Below, in pieces: positions 41,001 to 55,700 of a stretch of 64,000 bases of DNA. How positions within the stretch are numbered: the stretch's first letter is position 1; every line of letters begins with the position of its first letter. This DNA comes from Eledone cirrhosa (Eukaryota). The stretch is taken from assembly GCA_964016885.1 (NCBI GenBank), contig OZ024744.1, positions 23,684,001 to 23,748,000 of the forward strand. Direction: 5' to 3'. The notes beneath the pieces were generated by a model, which did not search any database, was not told the DNA's origin, and saw nothing but the letters and a program-made list of their open reading frames with translations. The translations under genes were made by a program, and so were the position numbers.

Positions 41001-44000
41001 CAGTTGAATATTATGATAAAACTCATTTTAACAACAGTTGATTCTTAAGATAAAACTCGTTTTAACAACAGTTGAATCTTAAGAACTGACTCGTTTTAAC
41101 AACAGTTGAATCTTAAGAACTGACTCGTTTTATCAACAGTTCAACCTTAAGAACTGACTCGTTTTAACAACAGTTGAATCTTCAAATAAAACTCGTTTTA
41201 ACAACAGTTGAATCTTAAGAACTCACTCGTTTTAACAACAGTTGAATCTTAAGATAAAACTCGTTTTAACAACAGTTGAATCTTAAGATAAAACTCGTTT
41301 TAACAACAGTGGAATCTTAAGAACTGACTCGTTTTAATAACAGTTGAATCTTAAGATAGAACTCGTTTTAACAACAGTTGAATCTTAAGAACTGACTCGT
41401 TTTAACAACAGCTGAATCTTAAGATAAAACTCGTTTTAACAAAAGCTGAATCTTAAGATAAACTCGTTTTAACAACAGTTGAATCTTAAGATAAACCTCG
41501 TTTTAACAACATTTGAATCTTAAGAACTGACTCGTTTTAACAACAGCTGAATCTTAAGATAAAACTCGTTTTAACAACAGTTGAATCTTAAGAACTGACT
41601 CGTTTTATCAACAGTTCAACCTTAAGAACTGACTCGTTTTAACAACAGTTGAATCTTCAAATAAAACTTGTTTTAACAACAGTTGAATCTGCAAATAAAA
41701 CTCGTTTTAACAACAGTTGAATATTATGATAAAACTCATTTAACAACAGTTGATTCTTAAGATAAAACTCGTTTTAACAACAGTTGAATCTTAAGAACTG
41801 ACTCGTTTTAACAACAGCTGAATCTTAAGATAAAACTCGTTTTAACAACAGTTGAATCTTAAGATAAAATTCGTTTTAACAATAGTTGAATGTTAAGAAC
41901 TGGTTCGTTTTAACAACAGTTGGATCTTAAGATAAAACTCGTTTTAACAACAGTTGAATCTTAAGAACTGACTCGTTTTAACAACAGTTGAATCTTAAGA
42001 ACTGACTCGTTTTATCAACAGTTCAACCTTAAGAACTGAGTCGTTTTAACAACAGTTGAATCTTCAAATAAAACTCGTTTTAACAACAGTTGAATCTTAA
42101 GAACTGATTCGTTTTAACAACAGCTGAATCTTAAGATAAACTCGTATTAACAACAGTTGAATCTTAAGATAAACCTCGTTTTAACAACATTTGAATCTTA
42201 AGAACTGACTCGTTTTAACAACAGCTGAATCTTAAGATAAAACTCGTTTTATCAACAGTTGATTCTTAAGAACTGACTCGTTTTATCAACAGTTCAACCT
42301 TAAGAACTGACTCGTTTTAACAACAGTTGAATCTTCAAATAAAACTCGTTTTAACAACAGTTGAATCTTCAAATAAAACTCATTTTAACAACAGTTGAAT
42401 ATTATGATGAAACTCATTTTAACAACAGCTGATTCTTAAGATAAAACTCGTTTTAACAACAGTTGAATCTTAAGAACTGACTCGTTTTAACAACAGCTGA
42501 ATCTTAAGATAAAACTCGTTTTAACAACAGTTGGATCTTAAGATAAAACTGGTTTTAACAACAGTTGAATCTTAAGAACTGACTCGTTTTAACAACAGTT
42601 GAATCTTAAGAACTGACTCGTTTTAACAACAGTTGAATCTTAAGATAAAACTCGTTTTAACAACAGCTGAATCTTAAGATAAAACTCGTTTTAACAACAG
42701 TTGAATCTTAAAAACTGACTCATTTTAACAACAGCTGAATCTTAAGATAAAACTCGTTTTACAACAGTTGAATCTTAAGAACTGATTCGTTTTAACAACA
42801 GCTGAATCTTAAGATAAACTCGTTTTAACAACAGTTGAATCTTAACATAAACCTCGTTTTAACAACATTTGAATCTTAAAAACTGACTCGTTTTAACAAC
42901 AGCTGAATCTTAAGATAAAACTCGTTTTAACAACAGTTGAATCTTAAGAACTGACTCGTTTTAACAACAGCTGAATCTTAAGATAAAACTCGTTTTAACA
43001 ACAGTTGAATCTTAAGATAAAATTCGTTTTAACAATAGTTGAATGTTAAGAACTGGTTCGTTTTAACAACAGTTGGATCTTAAGATAAAACTCGTTTTAA
43101 CAACAGTTGAATCTTAAGAACTGACTCGTTTTAACAACAGTTGAATCTTAAGAACTGACTCGTTTTAACAACAGTTGAATCTTAAGATAAAACTCGTTTT
43201 AACAACAGCTGAATCTTAAGATAAAACTCGTTCTAACAACAGTTGAATCTTAAAATAAAACTCGTTTTAACAACAGTTGAATCTTAAGAACTGACTCATT
43301 TTAACAACAGTTGAATCTTAATAACTGATTCGTTTTAACAACAGATGAATCTTAAGATAAAACTCGTTTTAACAACAGTTGAATCTTAAGAACTGATTCG
43401 TTTTAACAACAGCTGAATATTAAGATAAACTCGTTTTAACAACAGTTGAATCTTAACATAAACCTCGTTTTAACAACATTTGAATCTTAAAAACTGACTC
43501 GTTTTAACAACAGCTGAATCTTAAGATAAAACTCGTTTTAACAACAGTTGAATCTTCAAATAAAACTCGTTTTAACAACAGTTGAATATTATGATAAAAC
43601 TCATTTTAACAACAGTTGATTCTTAAGATAAAACTCGTTTTAACAACAGTTGAATCTTAAGAACTGACTCGTTTTAACAACAGTTGAATCTTAAGAACTG
43701 ACTCGTTTTATCAACAGTTCAAACTTAAGAAATGACTCGTTTTAACAACAGTTGAATCTTCAAATAAAACTCGTTTTAACAACAGTTGAATCTTAAGAAC
43801 TCACTCGTTTTAACAACAGTTGAATCTTAAGATAAAACTCGTTTTAACAACAGTTGAATCTTAAGATAAAACTCGTTTTAACAACAGTGGAATCTTAAGA
43901 ACTGACTCGTTTTAATAACAGTTGAATCTTAAGATAAAACTCGTTTTACAACAGTTGAATCTTAAGAACTGATTCGTTTTAACAACAGCTGAATATTAAG

Positions 44001-47000
44001 ATAAACTCGTTTTAACAACAGTTGAATCTTAACATAAACCTCGTTTTAACAACATTTGAATCTTAAAAAGTTACTCGTTTTAACAACAGCTGGATCTTAA
44101 GATAAAACTCGTTTTAACAACAGTTGAATCTTCAAATAAAACTCGTTTTAACAACAGTTGAATATTATGATAAAACTCATTTTAACAACAGTTGATTCTT
44201 AAGATAAAACTCGTTTTAACAACAGTTGAATCTTAAGAACTGACTCGTTTTAACAACAGTTGAATCTTAAGAACTGACTCGTTTTATCAACAGTTCAACC
44301 TTAAGAACTGACTCGTTTTAACAACAGTTGAATCTTCAAATAAAACTCGTTTTAACAACAGTTGAATCTTAAGAACTCACTCGTTTTAACAACAGTTGAA
44401 TCTTAAGATAAAACTCGTTTTAACAACAGTTGAATCTTAAGATAAAACTCGTTTTAACAACAGTGGAATCTTAAGAACTGACTCGTTTTAATAACAGTTG
44501 AATCTTAAGATAGAACTCGTGTTAACAACAGTTGAATCTTAAGAACTGACTCGTTTTAACAACAGCTGAATCTTAAGATAAACTCGTTTTAACAACAGTT
44601 GAATCTTAAGATAAACCTCGTTTTAACAACATTTGAATCTTAAGAACTGACTCGTTTTAACAACAGCTGAATCTTAAGATAAAACTCGTTTTAACAACAG
44701 TTGAATCTTAAGAACTGACTCGTTTTATCAACAGTTCAACCTTAAGAACTGACTCGTTTTAACAACAGTTGAATCTTCAAATAAAACTCGTTTTAACAAC
44801 AGTTGAATCTGCAAATAAAACTCGTTTTAACAACAGTTGAATCTTCAAATAAAACTCGTTTTAACAACAGTTGAATCTTAAGAACTGACTCGTTTTAACA
44901 ACAGCTGAATCTTAAGATAAAACTCGTTTTAACAACAGTTGAATCTTAAGATAAAATTCGTTTTAACAATAGTTGAATGTTAAGAACTGGTTCGTTTTAA
45001 CAACAGTTGGATCTTAAGATAAAACTCGTTTTAACAACAGTTGAATCTTAAGAACTGACTCGTTTTAACAACAGTTTAATCTTAAGAACTGACTCGTTTT
45101 ATCAACAGTTCAACCTTAAGAACTGAGTCGTTTTAACAACAGTTGAATCTTCAAATAAAACTCGTTTTAACAACAGTTGAATCTTAAGAACTGATTCGTT
45201 TTAACAACAGCTGAATCTTAAGATAAACTCGTATTAACAACAGTTGAATCTTAAGATAAACCTCGTTTTAACAACATTTGAATCTTAAGAACTGACTCGT
45301 TTTAACAACAGCTGAATCTTAAGATAAAACTCGTTTTAACAACAGTTGATTCTTAAGAACTGACTCGTTTTATCAACAGTTCAACCTTAAGAACTGACTC
45401 GTTTTAACAACAGTTGAATCTTCAAATAAAACTCGTTTTAACAACAGTTGAATCTTCAAATAAAACTCGTTTTAACAACAGTTGAATATTATGATGAAAC
45501 TCATTTTAACAACAGCTGATTCTTAAGATAAAACTCGTTTTAACAACAGTTGAATCTTAAGAACTGACTCGTTTTAACAACAGCTGAATCTTAAGATAAA
45601 ACTCGTTTTAACAACAGTTGGATCTTAAGATAAAACTGGTTTTAACAACAGTTGAATCTTAAGAACTGACTCGTTTTAACAACAGTTGAATCTTAAGAAC
45701 TGACTCGTTTTAACAACAGTTGAATCTTAAGATAAAACTCGTTTTAACAACAGCTGAATCTTAAGATAAAACTCGTTTTAACAACAGTTGAATCTTAAAA
45801 ACTGACTCATTTTAACAACAGTTGAATCTTAAGAACTGATTCGTTTTAACAACAGATGAATCTTAAGATAAAACTCGTTTTAACAACAGTTGAATCTTAA
45901 GAACTGACTCGTTTTAACAACAGCTGAATCTTAAGATAAAACTCGTTTTACAACAGTTGAATCTTAAGAACTGATTCGTTTTAACAACAGCTGAATCTTA
46001 AGATAAACTCGTTTTAACAACAGTTGAATCTTAACATAAACCTCGTTTTAACAACATTTGAATCTTAAAAACTGACTCGTTTTAACAACAGCTGAATCTT
46101 AAGATAAAACTCGTTTTAACAACAGTTGAATCTTAAGAACTGACTCGTTTTATCAACAGTTCAACCTTAAGAACTGACTCGTTTTAACAACAGTTGAATC
46201 TTCAAATAAAACTCGTTTTAACAACAGTTGAATATTATGATAAAACTCATTTTAACAACAGTTGATTCTTAAGATAAAACTCGTTTTAACAACAGTTGAA
46301 TCTTAAGAACTGACTCGTTTTAACAACAGTTGAATCTTAAGAACTAACTCGTTTTATCAACAGTTCAACCTTAAGAACTGACTCGTTTTAACAACAGTTG
46401 AATCTTCAAATAAAACTCGTTTTAACAACAGTTGAATCTTAAGAACTGACTCGTTTTAACAACAGCTGAATCTTAAGATAAAACTCGTTTTAACAACAGT
46501 TGAATCTTAAGAACTGACTCGTTTTAACAACAGTTGAATCTTACGAACTGACTCGTTTTATCAACAGTTCAACCTTAAGAATTGACTCATTTTAACAACA
46601 GTTGAATCTTCAAATAAAACTCGTATTAACAACAGTTGAATCTTAAGAACTGATTCGTTTTAACAACAGCTGAATCTTAAGATAAACTCGTTTTAACAAC
46701 AGTTGAATCTTAAGATAAACCTCGTTTTAACAACATTTGAATCTTAAGAACTGACTCGTTTTAACAACAGCTGCATCTTAAGATAAAACTCGTTTTAACA
46801 ACAGTTGAATCCTAAGAACTGACTCGTTTTATCAACAGTTCAACCTGAAGAACTGACTCGTTTTAACAACAGTTGAATCTTCAAATAAAACTCGTTTTAA
46901 CAACAGTTGAATCTTAAGAACTGACTCGTTTTAACAACAGTTGAATCTTAAGATAAAACTCGTTTTAACAACAGCTGAATCTTAAGATAAAACTCGTTTT

Positions 47001-50000
47001 AACAACAGTTGAATCTTAAGATAAAACTCGTTTTAACAACAGTTGAATCTTAAGAACTGACTCATTTTAACAACAGTTGAATCTTAAGAACTGATTCGTT
47101 TTAACAACAGTTGAATCTTAAGATAAAACTCGTTTTAACAACAGTTGAATCTTAAGAACTGACTCGTTTTAACAACAGCTGAATCTTAAGATAAAACTCG
47201 TTTTACAACAGTTGAATCTTAAGAACTGACTCGTTTTATAAACAGTTCAACCTTAAGAACTGACTCGTTTTAACAACAGTTGAATCTTCAAATAAAACTC
47301 GTTTTAACAACAGTTGAATCTTCAAATAAAACTCGTTTTAACAACAGTTGAATCTTAAGAACTGATTCGTTTTAACAACAGCTGAATCGTAAGATAAACT
47401 CGTTTTAACAACAGTTGAATCTTAAGATAAACCTCGTTTTAACAACATTTGAATCTTAAGAACTGACTCGTTTTAACAACAGGCGAATCTTAAGATAAAA
47501 CTCGTTTTAACAACAGTTGAATCTTAAGAACTTACTCGTCTTATCAACAGTTCAACCTTAAGAACTGACTCGTTTTAACAACAGTTGAATCTTCAAATAA
47601 AACTCGTTTTAACAACAGTTGAATCTTCAAATAAAACTCGTTTTAACAACAGTTGAATATTATGATAAAACTCATTTTAACAACAGTTGGATCTTAAGAT
47701 AAAACTCGTTTTAACAACAGTTGAATCTTAAGAACTGACTCGTTTTAACAACAGTTGAATCTTAAGAACTGACTCGTTTTATCAACAGTTCAACCTTAAG
47801 AACTGACTCGTTTTAACAACAGTTGAATCTTCAAATAAAACTCGTTTTAACAACATTTGAATCTTAAGAACTAACTCGTTTTAACAACAGCTGAATCTTA
47901 AGATAAAACTCGTTTTAACAACAGTTGAATCTTAAGAACTGACTCGTTTTATCAACAGTTCAACCTTAAGAACTGACTCGTTTTAACAACAGTTGAATCT
48001 TCAAATAAAACTCGTTTTAACAACAGTTGAATCTTAAGATAAAACTCGTTTTAACAACAGTTGAATCTTAAGAACTGACTCGTTTTAACAACAGTTGAAT
48101 CTTAAGAACTAACTCGTTTTATCAACAGTTCAACCTTAAGAACTGACTCGTTTTAACAACAGTTGAATCTTCAAATAAAACTCGTTTTAACAACAGTTGA
48201 TTCTTCAGAACTGACTCGTTTTAACAACAGTTGAATCTTAAGATAAAACTCGTTTTAACAACAGTTGAATCTTAAGAACTGACTCGTTTTAACAACAGCT
48301 GAATCTTAAGATAAAACTCGTTTTACAACAGTTGAATCTTAAGAACTGATTCGTTTTAACAACAGCTGAATATTAAGATAAACTCGTTTTAACAACAGTT
48401 GAATCTTAACATAAACCTCGTTTTAACAACATTTGAATCTTAAAAAGTTACTCGTTTTAACAACAGCTGGATCTTAAGATAAAACTCGTTTTAACAACAG
48501 TTGAATCTTCAAATAAAACTCGTTTTAACAACAGTTGAATATTATGATAAAACTCATTTTAACAACAGTTGATTCTTAAGATAAAACTCGTTTTAACAAC
48601 AGTTGAATCTTAAGAACTGACTCGTTTTAACAACAGTTGAATCTTAAGAACTGACTCGTTTTATCAACAGTTCAACCTTAAGAACTGACTCGTTTTAACA
48701 ACAGATGAATCTTCAAATAAAACTCGTTTTAACAACAGTTGAATCTTAAGAACTCACTCGTTTTAACAACAGTTGAATCTTAAGATAAAACTCGTTTTAA
48801 CAACAGTTGAATCTTAAGATAAAACTCGTTTTAACAACAGTGGAATCTTAAGAACTGACTCGTTTTAATAACAGTTGAATCTTAAGATAGAACTCGTTTT
48901 AACAACAGTTGAATCTTAAGAACTGACTCGTTTTAACAACAGCTGAATCTTAAGATAAAACTCGTTTTAACAAAAGCTGAATCTTAAGATAAACTCGTTT
49001 TAACAACAGTTGAATCTTAAGATAAACCTCGTTTTAACAACATTTGAATCTTAAGAACTGACTCGTTTTAACAACAGCTGAATCTTAAGATAAAACTCGT
49101 TTTAACAACAGTTGAATCTTAAGAACTGACTCGTTTTATCAACAGTTCAACCTTAAGAACTGACTCGTTTTAACAACAGTTGAATCTTCAAATAAAACTT
49201 GTTTTAACAACAGTTGAATCTGCAAATAAAACTCGTTTTAACAACAGTTGAATATTATGATAAAACTCATTTAACAACAGTTGATTCTTAAGATAAAACT
49301 CGTTTTAACAACAGTTGAATCTTAAGAACTGACTCGTTTTAACAACAGTTGAATCTTAAGAACTGACTCGTTTTATCAACAGTTCAACCTTAAGAACTGA
49401 GTCGTTTTAACAACAGTTGAATCTTCAAATAAAACTCGTTTTAACAACAGTTGAATCTTAAGAACTGATTCGTTTTAACAACAGCTGAATCTTAAGATAA
49501 ACTCGTATTAACAACAGTTGAATCTTAAGATAAACCTCGTTTTAACAACATTTGAATCTTAAGAACTGACTCGTTTTAACAACAGCTGAATCTTAAGATA
49601 AAACTCGTTTTGTCAACAGTTGATTCTTAAGAACTGACTCGTTTTATCAACAGTTCAACCTTAAGAACTGACTCGTTTTAACAACAGTTGAATCTTCAAA
49701 TAAAACTCGTTTTAACAACAGTTGAATCTTCAAATAAAACTCGTTTTAACAACAGTTGAATATTATGATGAAACTCATTTTAACAACAGCTGATTCTTAA
49801 GATAAAACTCGTTTTAACAACAGTTGAATCTTAAGAACTGGCTCGTTTTAACAACAGGTGAATCTTAAGATAAAACTCGTTTTAACAACAGTTGGATCTT
49901 AAGATAAAACTGGTTTTAACAACAGTTGAATCTTAAGAACTGACTCGTTTTAACAACAGTTGAATCTTAAGAACTGACTCGTTTTAACAACAGTTGAATC

Positions 50001-50282
50001 TTAAGATAAAACTCGTTTTAACAACAGCTGAATCTTAAGATAAAACTCGTTTTAACAACAGTTGAATCTTAAAAACTGACTCATTTTAACAACAGCTGAA
50101 TCTTAAGATAAAACTCGTTTTACAACAGTTGAATCTTAAGAACTGATTCGTTTTAACAACAGCTGAATCTTAAGATAAACTCGTTTTAACAACAGTTGAA
50201 TCTTAACATAAACCTCGTTTTAACAACATTTGAATCTTAAAAACTGACTCGTTTTAACAACAGCTGAATCTTAAGTTAAAAC
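35086..50282. repeat. Tandem duplication of ~7.4-7.8 kb (~35086-42921 vs ~42922-50282)
   Basis: Several variants were seen only in this pair: GTTCAAACTTAAGAAATGAC (35881/43717), GTGTTAAC (36751/44519), GAATTGACTC (38811/46579), AGGCGAAT (39713/47481), TCTTCAGAAC (40671/48202) and AAAACTTG (C at 41667/49198). Confidence 0.9.
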
Positions 50283-52799
50283 TCGTTTTAACAATAGTTG
50301 AATCTTAAGAACTGACTCGTTTTATCAACAGTTCAACCTTAAGAACTGACTCGTTTTAACAACAGTTGAATCTTCAAATAAAACTCGTTTTAACAACAGT
50401 TGAATATTATGATAAAACTCATTTTAACAACAGTTGATTCTTAAGATAAAACTCGTTTTAACAACAGTTGAATCTTAAGAACTGACTCGTTTTAACAACA
50501 GTTGAATCTTAAGAACGAACTCGTTTTATCAACAGTTCAACCTTAAGAACTGACTCGTTTTAACAACAGTTGAATCTTCAAATAAAACTCGTTTTAACAA
50601 CAGTTGAATCTTAAGAACTGACTCGTTTTAACAACAGCTGAATCTTAAGATAAAACTCGTTTTAACGACAGTTGAATCTTACGAACTGACTCGTTTTATC
50701 AACAGTTCAACCTTAAGAACTGACTCATTTTAACAACAGTTGAATCTTCAAATAAAACTCGTTTTAACAACAGTTGAATCTTAAGAACTGATTCGTTTTA
50801 ACAACAGCTGAATCTTAAGATAAACTCGTTTTAACAACAGTTGAATCTTAAGATAAACCTCGTTTTAACAACATTTGAATCTTAAGAACTGACTCGTTTT
50901 AACAACAGCTGCATCTTAAGATAAAACTCGTTTTAACAACAGTTGAATCCTAAGAACTGACTCGTTTTATCAACAGTTCAACCTGAAGAACTGACTCGTT
51001 TTAACAACAATTTAATCTTCAAATAAAACTCGTTTTAACAACAGTTGAATCTTAAGAACTGACTCGTTTTAACAACAGTTGAATCTTAAGATAAAACTCG
51101 TTTTAACAACAGCTGAATCTTAAGATAAAACTCGTTTTAACAACAGTTGAATCTTAAGATAAAACTCGTTTTAACAACAGTTGAATCTTAAGAACTGACT
51201 CATTTTAACAACAGTTGAATCTTAAGAACTGATTCGTTTTAACAACAGTTGAATCTTAAGATAAAACTCGTTTTAACAACAGTTGAATCTTAAGAACTGA
51301 CTCGTTTTAACAACAGCTGAATCTTAAGATAAAACTCGTTTTACAACAGTTGAATCTTAAGAACTGACTCGTTTTATAAACAGTTCAACCTTAAGAACTG
51401 ACTCGTTTTAACAACAGTTGAATCTTCAAATAAAACTCGTTTTAACAACAGTTGAATCTTCAAATAAAACTCGTTTTAACAACAGTTGAATCTTAAGAAC
51501 TGATTCGTTTTAACAACAGCTGAATCGTAAGATAAACTCGTTTTAACAACAGTTGAATCTTAAGATAAACCTCGTTTTAACAACATTTGAATCTTAAGAA
51601 CTGACTCGTTTGAACAACAGCTGAATCTTAAGATAAAACTCGTTTTAACAACAGTTGAATCTTAAGAACTTACTCGTCTTATCAACAGTTCAACCTTAAG
51701 AACTGACTCGTTTTAACAACAGTTGAATCTTCAAATAAAACTCGTTTTAACAACAGTTGAATCTTCAAATAAAACTCGTTTTAACAACAGTTGAATATTA
51801 TGATAAAACTCATTTTAACAACAGTTGATTCTTAAGATAAAACTCGTTTTAACAACAGTTGAATCTTAAGAACTGACTCGTTTTAACAACAGCTGAATCT
51901 TAAGATAAAATTCGTTTTAACAATAGTTGAATGTTAAGAACTGGTTCGTTTTAACAACAGTTGGATCTTAAGATAAAACTCGTTTTAACAACAGTTGAAT
52001 CTTAAGAACTGACTCGTTTTAACAACAGTTGAATCTTAAGAACTGACTCGTTTTATCAACAGTTCAACCTTAAGAACTGACTCGTTTTAACAACAGTTGA
52101 ATCTTCAAATAAAACTCGTTTTAACAACAGTTGAATCTTAAGAACTGATTCGTTTTAACAACAGCTGAATCTTAAGATAAACTCGTATTAACAACAGTTG
52201 AATCGTAAGATAAACCTCGTTTTAACAACATTTGAATCTTAAGAACTAACTCGTTTTAACAACAGCTGAATCTTAAGATAAAACTCGTTTTAACAACAGT
52301 TGAATCTTAAGAACTGACTCGTTTTATCAACAGTTCAACCTTAAGAACTGACTCGTTTTAACAACAGTTGAATCTTCAAATAAAACTCGTTTTAACAACA
52401 GTTGAATCTTAAGATAAAACTCGTTTTAACAACAGATGAATCTTAAGATAAAACTCGTTTTAACAACAGTGGAATCTTAAGAACTGACTCGTTTTAATAA
52501 CAGTTGAATCTTAAGATAAAACTCGTTTTAACAACAGTTGAATCTTAAGAACTGACTCGTTTTAACAACAGCTGAATCTTAAGATAAAACTCGTTTTAAC
52601 AAAAGCTGAATCTTAAGATAAACTCGTTTTAACAACAGTTGAATCTTAAGATAAACCTCGTTTTAACAACATTTGAATCTTAAGAACTGACTCGTTTTAA
52701 CAACAGCTGAATCTTAAGATATAACTCGTTTTAACAACAGTTGAATCTTAAGAACTGACTCGTCTTATCAACAGTTCAACCTTAAGAACTGACTCGTTT

Positions 52800-55700
52800 T
52801 AACAACAGTTGAATCTTCAAATAAAACTCGTTTTAACAACAGTTGAATCTGCAAATAAAACTCGTTTTAACAACAGTTGAATCTTCAAATAAAACTCGTT
52901 TTAACAACAGTTGAATATTATGATAAAACTCATTTAACAACAGTTGATTCTTAAGATAAAACTCGTTTTAACAACAGTTGAATCTTAAGAACTGACTCGT
53001 TTTAACAACAGCTGAATCTTAAGATAAAACTCGTTTTAACAACAGTTGAATCTTAAGATAAAATTCGTTTTAACAATAGTTGAATGTTAAGAACTGGTTC
53101 GTTTTAACAACAGATGGATCTTAAGATAAAACTCGTTTTAACAACAGTTGAATCTTAAGAACTGACTCGTTTTAACAACAGTTGAATCTTAAGAACTGAC
53201 TCGTTTTATCAACAGTTCAACCTTAAGAACTGAGTCGTTTTAACAACAGTTGAATCTTCAAATAAAACTCGTTTTAACAACAGTTGAATCTTAAGAACTG
53301 ATTCGTTTTAACAACAGCTGAATCTTAAGATAAACTCGTATTAACAACAGTTGAATCTTAAGATAAACCTCGTTTTAACAACATTTGAATCTTAAGAACT
53401 GACTCGTTTTAACACAGCTGAATCTTAACATAAAACTCGTTTTAACAACAGTTGATTCTTAAGAACTGACTCGTTTTATCAACAGTTCAACCTTAAGAAC
53501 TGACTCGTTTTAACAACTGTTGAATCTTCAAATAAAACTCGTTTTAACAACAGTTGAATATTATGATGAAACTCATTTTAACAACAGCTGATTCTTAAGA
53601 TAAAACTCGTTTTAACAACAGTTGAATCTTAAGAACTGACTCGTTTTAACAACAGCTGAATCTTAAGATAAAACTCGTTTTAACAACAGTTGAATCTTAA
53701 GATAAAATTCGTTTTAACAATAGTTGAATGTTAAGAACTGGTTCGTTTTAACAACAGTTGGATCTTAAGATAAAACTGGTTTTAACAACAGTTGAATCTT
53801 AAGAACTGACTCGTTTTAACAACAGTTGAATCTTAAGAACTGACTCGTTTTAACAACAGTTGAATCTTAAGATAAAACTCGTTTTAACAACAGCTGAATC
53901 TTAAGATAAAACTCGTTTTAACAACAGTTGAATCTTAAAAACTGACTCATTTTAACAACAGTTGAATCTTAAGAACTGATTCGTTTTAACAACAGATGAA
54001 TCTTAAGATAAAACTCGTTTTAACAACAGTTGAATCTTAAGAACTGACTCGTTTTAACAACAGCTGAATCTTAAGATAAAACTCGTTTTACAACAGTTGA
54101 ATCTTAAGAACTGATTCGTTTTAACAACAGCTGAATCTTAAGATAAACTCGTTTTAACAACAGTTGAATCTTAACATAAACCTCGTTTTAACAACATTTG
54201 AATCTTAAAAACTGACTCGTTTTAACAACAGCTGAATCTTAAGATAAAACTCGTTTTAACAACAGTTGAATCTTAAGAACTGACTCGTTTTATCAACAGT
54301 TCAACCTTAAGAACTGACTCGTTTTAACAACAGTTGAATCTTCAAATAAAACTCGTTTTAACAACAGTTGAATATTATGATAAAACTCATTTTAACAACA
54401 GTTGATTCTTAAGATAAAACTCGTTTTAACAACAGTTGAATCTTAAGAACTGACTCGTTTTAACAACAGTTGAATCTTAAGAACTAACTCGTTTTATCAA
54501 CAGTTCAACCTTAAGAACTGACTCGTTTTAACAACAGTTGAATCTTCAAATAAAACTCGTTTTAACAACAGTTGAATCTTAAGAACTGACTCGTTTTAAC
54601 AACAGCTGAATCTTAAGATAAAACTCGTTTTAACGACAGTTGAATCTTACGAACTGACTCGTTTTATCAACAGTTCAACCTTAAGAACTGACTCATTTTA
54701 ACAACAGTTGAATCTTCAAATAAAACTCGTTTTAACAACAGTTGAATCTTAAGAACTGATTCGTTTTAACAACAGCTGAATCTTAAGATAAACTCGTTTT
54801 AACAACAGTTGAATCTTAAGATAAACCTCGTTTTAACAACATTTGAATCTTAAGAACTGACTCGTTTTAACAACAGCTGCATCTTAAGATAAAACTCGTT
54901 TTAACAACAGTTGAATCCTAAGAACTGACTCGTTTTATCAACAGTTCAACCTGAAGAACTGACTCGTTTTAACAACAGTTGAATCTTCAAATAAAACTCG
55001 TTTTAACAACAGTTGAATCTTAAGAACTGACTCGTTTTAACAACAGTTGAATCTTAAGATAAAACTCGTTTTAACAACAGCTGAATCTTAAGATAAAACT
55101 CGTTTTAACAACAGTTGAATCTTAAGATAAAACTCGTTTTAACAACAGTTGAATCTTAAGAACTGACTCATTTTAACAACAGTTGAATCTTAAGAACTGA
55201 TTCGTTTTAACAACAGTTGAATCTTAAGATAAAACTCGTTTTAACAACAGTTGAATCTTAAGAACTGACTCGTTTTAACAACAGCTGAATCTTAAGATAA
55301 AACTCGTTTTACAACAGTTGAATCTTAAGAACTGACTCGTTTTATAAACAGTTGAATCTTCAAATAAAACTCGTTTTAACAACAGTTGAATCTTCAAATA
55401 AAACTCGTTTTAACAACAGTTGAATCTTCAAATAAAACTCGTTTTAACAACAGTTGAATCTTAAGAACTGATTCGTTTTAACAACAGCTGAATCGTAAGA
55501 TAAACTCGTTTTAACAACAGTTGAATCTTAAGATAAATCTCGTTTTAACAACATTTGAATCTTAAGAACTGACTCGTTTTAACAACAGCTGAATCTTAAG
55601 ATAAAACTCGTTTTAACAACAGTTGAATCTTAAGAACTTACTCGTCTTATCAACAGTTCAACCTTAAGAACTGACTCGTTTTAACAACAGTTGAATCTTC

